Source of the DNA: a virus
Length of the DNA: 64,000 nt
Direction: 5' to 3' (one strand)
Virus record (IMG/VR): IMGVR_UViG_3300007512_001108
Coordinates: 10,682 to 74,681 of that record
Shown here: piece by piece, positions 1 to 8,853 of the stretch
Numbering within the stretch: the first letter of the stretch is position 1
Layout of the letters: each line of letters opens with the position of its first letter
Notes under the pieces: generated by a model
What the model was told of the DNA's origin: nothing
The model's input: only the letters and a program-made list of their open reading frames with translations
The model's database searches: none
Made by a program: the position numbers and the translations under genes

Positions 1-373
1 AAAGTTGGTCATATGATTTTTGTTCTCTCACATCAGATTCATAGTATTCATTAATTCTTTTCTTTATCAAGAATCTTTCATCATTATATTTTGCATTAAG
101 TCTTGCGAATTGTATAAATTCATCATCGAATTCTTTCTTGCTTTCTTTATCTCTAAATCCAGATTCTGTATCCCATATTTTTATATTAATGTCTTTTAAT
201 TCATCATATAATCTTCCTTTTATTTTTACACCATCATCCTTTAGTGCTTTTTCTAGAATATCCTTTTCTCCTTGAATATAAAATAATCTAGACTCGTCAG
301 AAATTCTTTCCAACTTAATATCCAATATGGTTATCTTATCAAAAATTTCACCAATTGCAACTTCTACTTTCAT
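1..373 (-). CDS. DUF6165-like protein (runs off the window end; absent from the ORF track)
   Basis: Manual translation from ATG at 373: MKVEVAIGEIFDKITILDIKLERI...IWDTESGFRDKE..FDDEFIQFARLNAKYNDERFLIKKRINEYYESDVREQKSY. The GE.DKITIL.IK / W..E...R / ND.R..IK..IN / E.KSY pattern matches DUF6165 as I recall it. ATGA-coupled to the upstream methyltransferase. Confidence 0.7.
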   Translation of the reverse strand, partial: MKVEVAIGEIFDKITILDIKLERISDESRLFYIQGEKDILEKALKDDGVKIKGRLYDELKDINIKIWDTESGFRDKESKKEFDDEFIQFARLNAKYNDERFLIKKRINEYYESDVREQKSYDQL

Positions 374-1014
374 ACTATATCTCCAAACTTATTCTCTTTG
401 TATGCGACCAAATCTTTTTCTTCTATTGATTCTAATTTCCAGTCACTGGGAAGAAGTTCATTCAACTCCAAAAATGAAAAGTTCCAATTTTCACTGTCGT
501 CAATCATTCCTTCCCATTTATAGCGGTCGCATGTTGTTTTTTCTACCTTGTGTGGTGTTCTTGCCAGATAAATGATATTGCAAAATTCAAACATTCTAGA
601 AAAGCACTCCTTTGGTTTCCTTAGCATTGTGAATGTACTATCGAAGTAAATGACATCTTGTTTGTTTCCTATGATGTCCCCAATTCCATCTTCCTCAATG
701 TCAAATAAATGAAATGTTGCTTTCTTGTTTTCTGAAAAATGATTATATGCAAATTCAATTGCACTTGGGTTTACATCAATACCAATATATGTCTTTAAAT
801 TTTCTGGCAAGAAATTCAAAAGTCTACCACAACCACAACCAACATCGACAACAGAGAAGTATTCTTTGGAAAATGTCCTAGACAACCAATTCAAGAATAA
901 TTTATGTGGTTCATTTGAATGAAAATGGCATGGAAGTCCGTCTGAATCTTTTCCATATATTTCCTCAAACACCTCTTCTCTGTACCATTGATTATCTCTT
1001 GCCCGTTCGTTCAA
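370..1014 (-). CDS. Class I SAM-dependent methyltransferase
   Basis: Motif I VVDVGCGCGR, then YIGIDVN and FHLFDIE; lies in the glycan gene run. Confidence 0.8.
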   Translation of the reverse strand: MNERARDNQWYREEVFEEIYGKDSDGLPCHFHSNEPHKLFLNWLSRTFSKEYFSVVDVGCGCGRLLNFLPENLKTYIGIDVNPSAIEFAYNHFSENKKATFHLFDIEEDGIGDIIGNKQDVIYFDSTFTMLRKPKECFSRMFEFCNIIYLARTPHKVEKTTCDRYKWEGMIDDSENWNFSFLELNELLPSDWKLESIEEKDLVAYKENKFGDIV

Positions 1015-1928
1015 ATTATACCCCTTTCTTCTAATTTCATATTTGTTAATCTCTGTAGTAGTTCAAACTTAGAACCTTCTTCAATTGGTAGATGCTTCTT
1101 ACTTGAATTGTGCCAGTGCCAAGCAAATGCTTCAAGATAAAGATTATCATCTGCATAACCATTGTTTGCAAACCAACCTGCTTCTACATTTTCACTAAGT
1201 TCCTTGTCTTTCTTGCTGATTAACCATTCGGTGTTGAAGAAAGGTGATGGGAATATTGTATATTCGTATCCTCTTCTCCAAAGAGATGCAAATAATTCTT
1301 TACCCCAAATGGTAGTACCACCAATAATTGGCATTACTTTAAGTTCTTTAAGAAGTTCATACGAAAATTCACTTTCCTTCTTGAGTGCAATAACCGTTGC
1401 ACATGCACCTTGATTTGCAAAGTCTGTTTCCGAACCCCACTGGTACATATACTCTTGGTCAAGAAGACATTTGAAGTCACGAAGGAAGATAATATCCATA
1501 TCAATCCACACACCACCGTACTTATGAAGTGCAAGCAAACGAAGCAAATCACTTTGTAGATAATGTTTATCATCTTCGGATGTAAGTTTTTGTACCTCAT
1601 CCTCAATGATTGTTCCCTTTGCTTCTTCTAATCCATCCCACACCCTCAAGTCAAGGTATTCTTTATACGGTTGAATTCTAGGATTGTCTTCAATACAATA
1701 ATCTGACCATACTATTAGTTTTGTTTTTTCTAGGTCTTGTGTTGCAAGAAAAGACTTAATGCATTCAAGTTCTTTATCGGTTCTTACTTCGGTATAAACA
1801 TGAAAGTTTGTTACTTCTTCGGGATACTCACAACTACAATCACAAAGTTCATCAAGAAATTCAAGACACGCTTCATAATCTTTATAATATTCTGGGTGTG
1901 TTTTAAAACTCATTTCAATCATCATCAT
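1011..1928 (-). CDS. GT32-like (Och1/alpha-1,4-GT, DxD) glycosyltransferase
   Basis: SDLLRLLALHKYGGVWIDMD is the Gly_transf_sug signature D.LR...L.KYGG.W.D.D; C-terminal AWHWHNS. Confidence 0.85.
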   Translation of the reverse strand: MMMIEMSFKTHPEYYKDYEACLEFLDELCDCSCEYPEEVTNFHVYTEVRTDKELECIKSFLATQDLEKTKLIVWSDYCIEDNPRIQPYKEYLDLRVWDGLEEAKGTIIEDEVQKLTSEDDKHYLQSDLLRLLALHKYGGVWIDMDIIFLRDFKCLLDQEYMYQWGSETDFANQGACATVIALKKESEFSYELLKELKVMPIIGGTTIWGKELFASLWRRGYEYTIFPSPFFNTEWLISKKDKELSENVEAGWFANNGYADDNLYLEAFAWHWHNSSKKHLPIEEGSKFELLQRLTNMKLEERGII

Positions 1929-2751
1929 TTTCCTTTATATAAGACATACAAAAGTCTGTCGCTTGCAGTTTTCTATTTAATAATTTAGAAATGGCGATTG
2001 CTCCAACTAAATCATCTTCTCTGTCCATATCATCAAATATAAACCATACATCTTTATTTATTTGTAGTTTTTCTTCTTTCAAAAGTTCATACATTTTACT
2101 TCTTTTTCCCCCTGCTGGTCCATCTACAAAAATCAAATCATAAGTTTTATCTTTCAAGAACTCATTTACCAAATCAATATCATACCAATCGTCTTTAATG
2201 GGAGCGTGTAAATACTCTGAATCATATTCACCCACCCAATCTTCATCTTCTTCTATTGAAATCATTTTGAAATGTTTTGAGAGAATTTCTGTACCTTTAC
2301 CACTACCAAATTCAAGGATTGTAGAACCCTTTTCAAAATTTGATATAATATATTCTATTGTTTTGTTATTAGCGGTCATTTCCGTTTTATTTATCATCCA
2401 TCCGTGATTTGTCATCATTAACTGATAATGTGGAGTACTTTGTGCGAACATTAATGATTCAGCATCGACTGTATATGTTGGGGAGAATTCATTCTCACAT
2501 ATAGATACACCCAGTTCTTCAATAAACTCCATTGCATTCCTTTCAGACAAAAATAACAAATCTGTAAGTGATATTGTGGATGAACCATCATCTGAAAGAG
2601 TTGGTAATGTTACTACAAGAGTATCTGAAATGTCCTCACCGTGTTCATTTAAAATTCTTTTATCTTTAAACTTAAAAGAATCTTTGTGCATACCTAAAAC
2701 ATTGCGACCGTCCCAAATATATTCATCTTTATTTTCAACATAATCATTCAT
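1915..2751 (-). CDS. Unknown N-terminal domain fused to a class I SAM methyltransferase
   Basis: ILEFGSGKGT, ISIEED, YDLIFVDGP and FIFDD motifs. Probable start is MNDY at 2751, just past the upstream stop; the ORF track starts at 2781. Confidence 0.7.
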   Translation of the reverse strand: MNDYVENKDEYIWDGRNVLGMHKDSFKFKDKRILNEHGEDISDTLVVTLPTLSDDGSSTISLTDLLFLSERNAMEFIEELGVSICENEFSPTYTVDAESLMFAQSTPHYQLMMTNHGWMINKTEMTANNKTIEYIISNFEKGSTILEFGSGKGTEILSKHFKMISIEEDEDWVGEYDSEYLHAPIKDDWYDIDLVNEFLKDKTYDLIFVDGPAGGKRSKMYELLKEEKLQINKDVWFIFDDMDREDDLVGAIAISKLLNRKLQATDFCMSYIKENDDD

Positions 2752-2752
2752 A

Positions 2753-3670
2753 CTAAACCAACTGCTTTTTTTTACATACATCCATTATCTTGTCTGCGTG
2801 TGTTTTTACACTTAGAAACTTTTCTACATTTGATAAGTCATGTTCTTCTGATGATACCCTTTTAAAGAATTCTTCATCTACCTCATCCCAACTTTTTACA
2901 AAATATCCTGGTAGATTATATTCTTCAAATAATCTCTTAACCGTACAATCAATTGTAATTGGAATACACCCCATCAATAAAGATTCATAGAGTCTATGAG
3001 TATCATTTCCGCTTCCTTGAATACAGAGTGTAAATCGATATGAACCAATCAATTTCATATACGGTTCAATTGAAAGTTTACCTTGCATTAGGTGGGTGTA
3101 TTCATTATTCTTTAAACTGTTGATAATATTTTGTCTTTCAGGATTTGTAGATTGGTCGTGCCAAGGAACAAAAAATAAATTTGCTTTTTCTTCAAACGGT
3201 TTTGTTTCTCTTCGTAATTTCTTTAAAACATTTTGATTTGCAGAAAGTCTATTTGGTTCTGCAAATCCTATAGGAAGTGCATGAATCTTTTCGTGTTCTT
3301 CATTTGGAGGATTGGTACAAAACCAATTTTGAAGATATTCGTTCTCTAAAATTTTCTTATAAGATTCTGGATTATCTCCATCTCTTCCAATTTGATAAGC
3401 AGAACATCCTGTTACTAAACTAAAAGGAGTTTTAATTTTATCTAAAAAATTAGATTGAAATTCTTCGTGTATGATAAAATCTGTTTTGGCAAATATAATA
3501 TCATTTTCTTTCATATTTTCTATTTCTGCTGGTTGAAAAAGTTCTTTATCGTGTAGTCGTTTTACTCCCCAGTTTACATAAAATTCTGGTGGATAGTCTA
3601 TACAGTGGTCTGCAACCAATGGCATCCAATTATAACAAACAAGTCCACTTTCTAGTTTAAATTCTGGCAT
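2753..3670 (-). CDS. Exostosin/GT47-like glycosyltransferase
   Basis: C-terminal YRFTLCIQGSGNDTHRLYESLLMGCIPI matches the GT47 F.L.P.G.G.D..R.YEAL..GCIP motif; also WFCTN and IHALPIG. Confidence 0.75.
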   Translation of the reverse strand: MPEFKLESGLVCYNWMPLVADHCIDYPPEFYVNWGVKRLHDKELFQPAEIENMKENDIIFAKTDFIIHEEFQSNFLDKIKTPFSLVTGCSAYQIGRDGDNPESYKKILENEYLQNWFCTNPPNEEHEKIHALPIGFAEPNRLSANQNVLKKLRRETKPFEEKANLFFVPWHDQSTNPERQNIINSLKNNEYTHLMQGKLSIEPYMKLIGSYRFTLCIQGSGNDTHRLYESLLMGCIPITIDCTVKRLFEEYNLPGYFVKSWDEVDEEFFKRVSSEEHDLSNVEKFLSVKTHADKIMDVCKKKQLV

Positions 3671-4394
3671 CGTATTTCACCTCGTTCCATTCTCTTACTG
3701 TGCTGTTTCCCAAATATCCAGAAGCACCTTCTCTAAAATTATGAAAGAACAATTCATCTGTTGTATCTAGAATCTCTACGAGTGACCTAAAGGCACTTTC
3801 CATGCAATGAATTTGTTTTGCTTCTTCTAATACCATTCCAAAATGGAATAGGTTTTCTGTTATATCATTTCTAATAATTTTGATATCTTTTGTTCCTGCG
3901 ATATGTTCCAATTCTTCAATTGGAATCTCAAAACCACGATTGGCATCATCGTGAACAAAAATATATTCTTCGTTGTCTGGATTTAATTTTTCATATACCC
4001 TTTTTTCTTCTTCTTCATCTCTTTCATAGTAAAAATCATCGAATCTTCTTTCGTAGGGTATATCCATTTGTGAATAAAATATTTCTGCACACCCCATTCC
4101 TAATTTTTCTTCTTGTCCCCAAGGATAGTAATCGTGACCAACTTTAATAAAATTAATAATATCGTTTTCTGATATGAAATTACTTATATAATTATATTCG
4201 TCTTCATTGGGAACTTTAATTATATTAATATTTGATTCATCTCTGTACATATATTTTATCATATCAAAATATTTTTCTTTTGCAAATACATTTACGCTAT
4301 CAAAATCATATTCTTCAAGAAAAATTCTTATCATTGCGTTACAGTCTATGTGGTCACCTAATCCCAAATGGTGGTGTACATATAATTCACTCAT
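3657..4394 (-). CDS. Putative GT-B glycosyltransferase (HHLGLGD family)
   Basis: N-terminal HHHLGLGDHI, central YIFVHDD and C-terminal EAKQIHCMESAF resemble GT9/GT11-type architecture; cluster context. Confidence 0.5.
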   Translation of the reverse strand: MSELYVHHHLGLGDHIDCNAMIRIFLEEYDFDSVNVFAKEKYFDMIKYMYRDESNINIIKVPNEDEYNYISNFISENDIINFIKVGHDYYPWGQEEKLGMGCAEIFYSQMDIPYERRFDDFYYERDEEEEKRVYEKLNPDNEEYIFVHDDANRGFEIPIEELEHIAGTKDIKIIRNDITENLFHFGMVLEEAKQIHCMESAFRSLVEILDTTDELFFHNFREGASGYLGNSTVREWNEVKYDARI

Positions 4395-5053
4395 ACCAAA
4401 GCACTCCTTAAAACTTCTCTATGTTCTTCGTTTATATTATCATTTTCATCATATACTTCTCCAATAAATTCAAGATTATTTCTTTTGGTTGGAAATGGTT
4501 TTCTTTCAAAAAACTCATCGTGTACAAATGAATCGTCCTTTACTAGTGGGTAGATATAATCTCTTAAAAATATTTGGTCTACTTGCCAAAAGTCACCCTT
4601 CTCAATAGAATCTATTAGTGATGACATTTCTGATAATGTTCCTTTTTTACATCCCCACATTCCTCCTAGAATGGGTGCGCCGTGCCAAGGATGGTCACGC
4701 ATAATATGAAATCCCTTATCACTTTCCAACCACTCATCTATTGCATCTTTTTCTCTTTGTGTTAGTCTTGAGTCTGTATCTCTTGAAAGTACCACATCAA
4801 CATCATCTTCGGAACAAGGATGAAATCTCCAGAACATTCCAGACCAATCACCATCTTCGTTCATTCTAACGAGTTGTACATTTGGTTTATTCTCTAACTG
4901 TGTTAGTATGTTTTCTGGAACAGATTTTCCGATATAAAATCTACAAATCCATTCTGGAAACAATTCTTCTGCTATATCAGCATTTTTAATTGCACCAATC
5001 GTATACTTGGGATTGTTTCCCCATAAACTAAAAGCAATAATTTTCATAATCAA
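4391..5053 (-). CDS. Conserved putative GT-A glycosyltransferase (FSLWG...RDxDSR...RDHP family)
   Basis: KIIAFSLWGNNPKY, MFWRF, SRDTDSR (DxD), FHIMRDHPWH, ILGGMWG; I recall this family from glycan loci and large viruses. Confidence 0.55.
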   Translation of the reverse strand: MIMKIIAFSLWGNNPKYTIGAIKNADIAEELFPEWICRFYIGKSVPENILTQLENKPNVQLVRMNEDGDWSGMFWRFHPCSEDDVDVVLSRDTDSRLTQREKDAIDEWLESDKGFHIMRDHPWHGAPILGGMWGCKKGTLSEMSSLIDSIEKGDFWQVDQIFLRDYIYPLVKDDSFVHDEFFERKPFPTKRNNLEFIGEVYDENDNINEEHREVLRSALV

Positions 5054-5751
5054 CCTGAAATAATTTCTAAAATACTATCCATATCAAAATTTTTATTCTT
5101 TCTTTCTTCAAAAACCTTTCCATCAATTGCATACATTTCTGCATTTTCATTTCTTGCGTGTAATTCGTCAAATGGTTGGGGTGTCCAATCGTGTCTAAAA
5201 ATACAAACTGGTGAGGTAATTAATTTTCCCATACCTTGACAAACCATAGTCATTTCGTTATCTGCATAAACAGATGTATAATCTGGATGATAGACATAAC
5301 CAAATGCTTTATATAAGTTCCAACCCAAAACAGGTAAAGTCATTAACAAATCTGTTCTTGGTCGTAATCCATCAAAGAATTTAATTGCACCATCCATTGA
5401 TGGAAAATGTTGTTCCATACCTTGCATAATTATATCATCAAAATCTGGGAAACAAGGAATCATATCATCCGAAACCAATAATAAAACATCACCCTCTTCG
5501 TTTTCAAGATTGGCATTACATGCTTCTATTTTTGATTTTGAATCTCCGTAGTGATAAACCAAATCTACATCTAGGTCATCCATCCACTTACGAATTTCAT
5601 CATTGTTCATAGTTTCATCATCATTATCTAAAGTAATGACAAACCGAACATCGTGTTTTCCAGATAGCAAGTCGATACTCTTTCCTAAAATATGTTTAAA
5701 TTTATCAGGACGGTTTCTGGATGCTAACTTGTATATTAATTTTCTTTTCAT
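5050..5751 (-). CDS. GT2-like (GT-A) glycosyltransferase
   Basis: ASRNRP, VITLDNDD, SKIEACN, LLLVSDDM (xDD), YADNE and FRH motifs. Confidence 0.7.
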   Translation of the reverse strand: MKRKLIYKLASRNRPDKFKHILGKSIDLLSGKHDVRFVITLDNDDETMNNDEIRKWMDDLDVDLVYHYGDSKSKIEACNANLENEEGDVLLLVSDDMIPCFPDFDDIIMQGMEQHFPSMDGAIKFFDGLRPRTDLLMTLPVLGWNLYKAFGYVYHPDYTSVYADNEMTMVCQGMGKLITSPVCIFRHDWTPQPFDELHARNENAEMYAIDGKVFEERKNKNFDMDSILEIISG

Positions 5752-5773
5752 AATAAAAATCTCAATTTGTGTT

Positions 5774-6190
5774 TTAGTGTTTATTTCCTATATGATATTT
5801 GGGACACAATTCCCAATCACCCTTTTCTTTGTGTGAAATAATCTTTATTTGTGCTATAGAAGCAACTGGTTCTTCTGTCTGGTCTTGGTCTACAATTTCT
5901 AATAATTCCCAATCCTCTAACAAATTGGCAATAGTATTTCTTCTAGCAATATCATTTTCTTCTATGTTTGTCGGAAGTCCATCCAGTGCAAATAATTCTT
6001 TAAAATGCACAATATAATATTTACCCTTTTTATGAAGGATATGACAGGACTGATATAATTTTTTTTCTTTTCTAGAAGAAACGCCTATTCTTGTTAGGGT
6101 TTCTTTAATTTTTAAGAAGTCTTCTGATTCAAATAATTCAATTTCAACCAAGTCTTCTATTTTTATTTCTGTTTTTTCCATAACTATCAC
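5774..6190 (-). CDS. regA: Translational repressor RegA
   Basis: DFLKIKETLTRIGV..KKLYQSCHILHKKGKYYIVHFKELF..DG and RRNTIA.LL.DW. Confidence 0.97.
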   Translation of the reverse strand: MIVMEKTEIKIEDLVEIELFESEDFLKIKETLTRIGVSSRKEKKLYQSCHILHKKGKYYIVHFKELFALDGLPTNIEENDIARRNTIANLLEDWELLEIVDQDQTEEPVASIAQIKIISHKEKGDWELCPKYHIGNKH

Positions 6191-6230
6191 TTATCCCTTG
6201 TTTTAACTAATCATAGCAATTTTCCTACTT

Positions 6231-6238
6231 TATTTATA
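6231..6238 (-). promoter_or_regulatory. T4-type late promoter motif TATAAATA upstream of regA and the GT cluster
   Basis: Exact TATAAATA in the same AAGTATAAATA context as before gp18, gp19 and gp23; overlaps the epimerase stop codon. Confidence 0.55.
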
Positions 6239-7151
6239 CTTTTTGTGCATTACAGGAAGCAATCCAATCTTCAAGAGAAATAGTTGGTTTCCAATCTAAA
6301 AGCATTTCTGCTTTTTCAATATTTGCCAGAGAGTATCTAACCTCTCCTAATCTTTGTGGGATGTGAATATAGTCTGCGTTTTTCCCTCCAACCATATCCA
6401 CCAATTCTAGAATATTATAATTTTTTCCAGTACCAATATTAATAATTTCACCGAATACTTTATTGTTTTCTGTTGTGGCTGCTTTTATATTTGCTTCTAC
6501 CACATCACCGACATATGTAAAATCTCTTCTTTGTAGTCCATCACCAACCACCGTCATTGGTTCTCCGTCTTCGTATTGACGGAAGAATAATCCTATAACT
6601 GGAGCATATTGTCCTTTTACTGGTTGTTTTTCTCCATACACATTAAAATATCTAAATGTTACAGTTTCCATCCCATACAGGTTGTGAAACATTTTACAAA
6701 GTTCTTCTCCTGCACACTTGGTTATGGAATATGCATTTAAACAATCGGTATTCATATCTTCTATTGAAGGTATTTCATTCTTCACACCATACGAAGCAGA
6801 TGTAGAGGAATATACAAATCTCTTTACGCCATTTTCTTTTGATGCTTGAAGAACATTACAAGTTCCATACACATTTGTTTTTGCAGTAAGTGTTGGATTG
6901 TGTATAGCGGGTTGAATTCTTGCTTCTGCGGCTAAATGAAAAACACAATCAACCCCATTAAAAAGGGGTTCTATTTTATCGTAATCACAAATATCATATT
7001 GATAATTTTCTGAATTTGAGTTCCAATAAAACGATTCGTGACAATCTGTAGATTCATTGTCTATTACAATTACCGAATGTCCTAGTTCTAATAGTCTGTC
7101 AACTATTGTAGAACCAATAAATCCTGCTCCACCTGTAACTAATGCTTTCAT
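6234..7151 (-). CDS. NAD-dependent NDP-sugar epimerase/dehydratase (GalE/WbpP-like extended SDR)
   Basis: LVTGGAGFIGS, VFHLAA, YSSTSASYG, YSITK (YxxxK), RYFNVYG, RDFTYVGDVV. Confidence 0.92.
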   Translation of the reverse strand: MKALVTGGAGFIGSTIVDRLLELGHSVIVIDNESTDCHESFYWNSNSENYQYDICDYDKIEPLFNGVDCVFHLAAEARIQPAIHNPTLTAKTNVYGTCNVLQASKENGVKRFVYSSTSASYGVKNEIPSIEDMNTDCLNAYSITKCAGEELCKMFHNLYGMETVTFRYFNVYGEKQPVKGQYAPVIGLFFRQYEDGEPMTVVGDGLQRRDFTYVGDVVEANIKAATTENNKVFGEIINIGTGKNYNILELVDMVGGKNADYIHIPQRLGEVRYSLANIEKAEMLLDWKPTISLEDWIASCNAQKV

Positions 7152-7531
7152 TTTTTACCACCTGTATATAAATATTTTGTCATTTCTTCAATGTCAGAAT
7201 CTGCAAACATATTTACAACTTCTCTTGCTTTTCTATCAGAATATCCATAATATTCTTTTATTACATTTACCTTTTGACATTCTTCATTCTTTAACCATTT
7301 ACTATAACGCTTTCTTTTTCTAATTATATTTAACAGATAGTCAAAATGCATTTTCTTATCTATTGAAGGACAAGAATTCATTTCATTAACATAAAATATA
7401 GTATCTGGAAAATAAGAAAGACACCTATTAATAACAAAAGGCGTATATTTCTTTTCTACAAACTCATCCTCTGTATCAAGTAATGTTTCCTTTGTGTGAT
7501 TTATTGCTTTTAGATATTCAGATAATTTCAC
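7148..7531 (-). CDS. gp62: Clamp loader small subunit gp62
   Basis: YTPFVINRCLSYFPDTI.Y.NEMN, RKRKRYSKW, KEYYGYS..KA. Confidence 0.93.
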   Translation of the reverse strand: MKLSEYLKAINHTKETLLDTEDEFVEKKYTPFVINRCLSYFPDTIFYVNEMNSCPSIDKKMHFDYLLNIIRKRKRYSKWLKNEECQKVNVIKEYYGYSDRKAREVVNMFADSDIEEMTKYLYTGGKK

Positions 7532-7872
7532 TTAATCTCCACATCATCTCCGATGACAGCAACAATATGTTGTCTTCTTGTTAAAATGAATGGTCCCATA
7601 TCGTGAAACCCTGCGTGTTTATCGTGCAGAATCCTGTCACCCTCTTTGAAATCTACAGGATAATAATTACCATTATCGTCTGGAATTCCTTCTGCTATAG
7701 AAATAACAACACCATCACCAAAACGGTCATGTTCTCTTTCGTTGTATATAATTCCTGCATCGGTCTGGGTTTTCTTTGGAGTTGGTTTAATTGCTACCAT
7801 ATCACCAATAGGTTTGAATGCCTGACCGTCTTCTATTTTAGCACTACCTAGTGCATATCGTTTGTCTACCAT
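7528..7872 (-). CDS. groES: GroES/Cpn10-like co-chaperonin
   Basis: FKPIGDMVAIKP, TDAGII mobile loop, G.VISIAEG, FKEGDRIL, IVAVI. Confidence 0.8.
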   Translation of the reverse strand: MVDKRYALGSAKIEDGQAFKPIGDMVAIKPTPKKTQTDAGIIYNEREHDRFGDGVVISIAEGIPDDNGNYYPVDFKEGDRILHDKHAGFHDMGPFILTRRQHIVAVIGDDVEIK

Positions 7873-7890
7873 AATATAATCCTTTCTTCT

Positions 7891-8844
7891 TTATTTATAC
7901 TCACATTCTAACATCAATTCCGTTAAACAAGCAGTTAAATTAATTTCGTGGTCTGCAACAAATGCTGATTTGTATTGATATTCAGAAATTATTAATACTG
8001 CTTGTGGAATTGACTGCGGTTTAAAGTATTCATATAGCCCATCATATATTTTTCTAAAGATATGAACTTGGTCATTATCTAAATTATCAACTACCCATTT
8101 TCTAACATTTGTGAATTCTTTTTCTTTCATTGATGTTATGAGGTTTTTAATTTTTATCTCACCGATTTGAGTAAGAATGCCAATGTCTATAGAACCTGCA
8201 ACCGAATATCTTTGCAATTCATTAATTACCCTTCGGAAGTCTGGAAAATGTTTCATAATTAATTCTGCTAAAACCTTATCATCCGAAGGTATATTCTCTC
8301 CATCAAGAATGTACTTGATTCTTTCCATAAATTCATTAGCCAATGTAGGTTTTTCTTGCTTTGGTATCTTGAATTCTATACAGGTACATCGAGAATGAAG
8401 TGGTTCTATAATTCTGTTCTTGTAATTGCAAGTAAGAATAAACCTACAATTACCACTGAATTCTTCGATGAATCCACGAAGTGCAGGTTGTGTAGATTGT
8501 GCGTTTGAGTAATCAAATTCGTCAAGTATTACTACTTTCTTTCCACCAGATATAGAAACTGTACTTGCAAAATTACGAATCTTTGTTCGGAGTGTATCGA
8601 TGTTTCCGTCTTCTGAACAGTTAATTACAATATAGTCTGCATCTAACTCCTCGCACATTGCTCTTGCAATTGTTGTTTTACCACATCCTGCTCCACCAGA
8701 TAAAAGAAGATTTTGAACTTCTCCAGAATCAACCATTCGTTGAAATGTTTCTTTGATATCTTCTGGAAGAATACAATCTCCAATAGTCTGTGGTCTGTAC
8801 TTTTCTACCCACAAATATTCTTTAGTTTCTGTTTCTGTAATCAT
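7891..8844 (-). CDS. gp44: Clamp loader large subunit gp44
   Basis: LWVEKYRP, Walker A GGAGCGKT, ILDEFD, SRC motif. Confidence 0.97.
   Translation of the reverse strand: MITETETKEYLWVEKYRPQTIGDCILPEDIKETFQRMVDSGEVQNLLLSGGAGCGKTTIARAMCEELDADYIVINCSEDGNIDTLRTKIRNFASTVSISGGKKVVILDEFDYSNAQSTQPALRGFIEEFSGNCRFILTCNYKNRIIEPLHSRCTCIEFKIPKQEKPTLANEFMERIKYILDGENIPSDDKVLAELIMKHFPDFRRVINELQRYSVAGSIDIGILTQIGEIKIKNLITSMKEKEFTNVRKWVVDNLDNDQVHIFRKIYDGLYEYFKPQSIPQAVLIISEYQYKSAFVADHEINLTACLTELMLECEYK
7892..7899 (-). promoter_or_regulatory. T4-type late promoter motif upstream of groES
   Basis: GTATAAATA about 20 nt upstream of the ATG at 7872; overlaps the gp44 stop codon. Confidence 0.55.
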
Positions 8845-8853
8845 AATATAATC

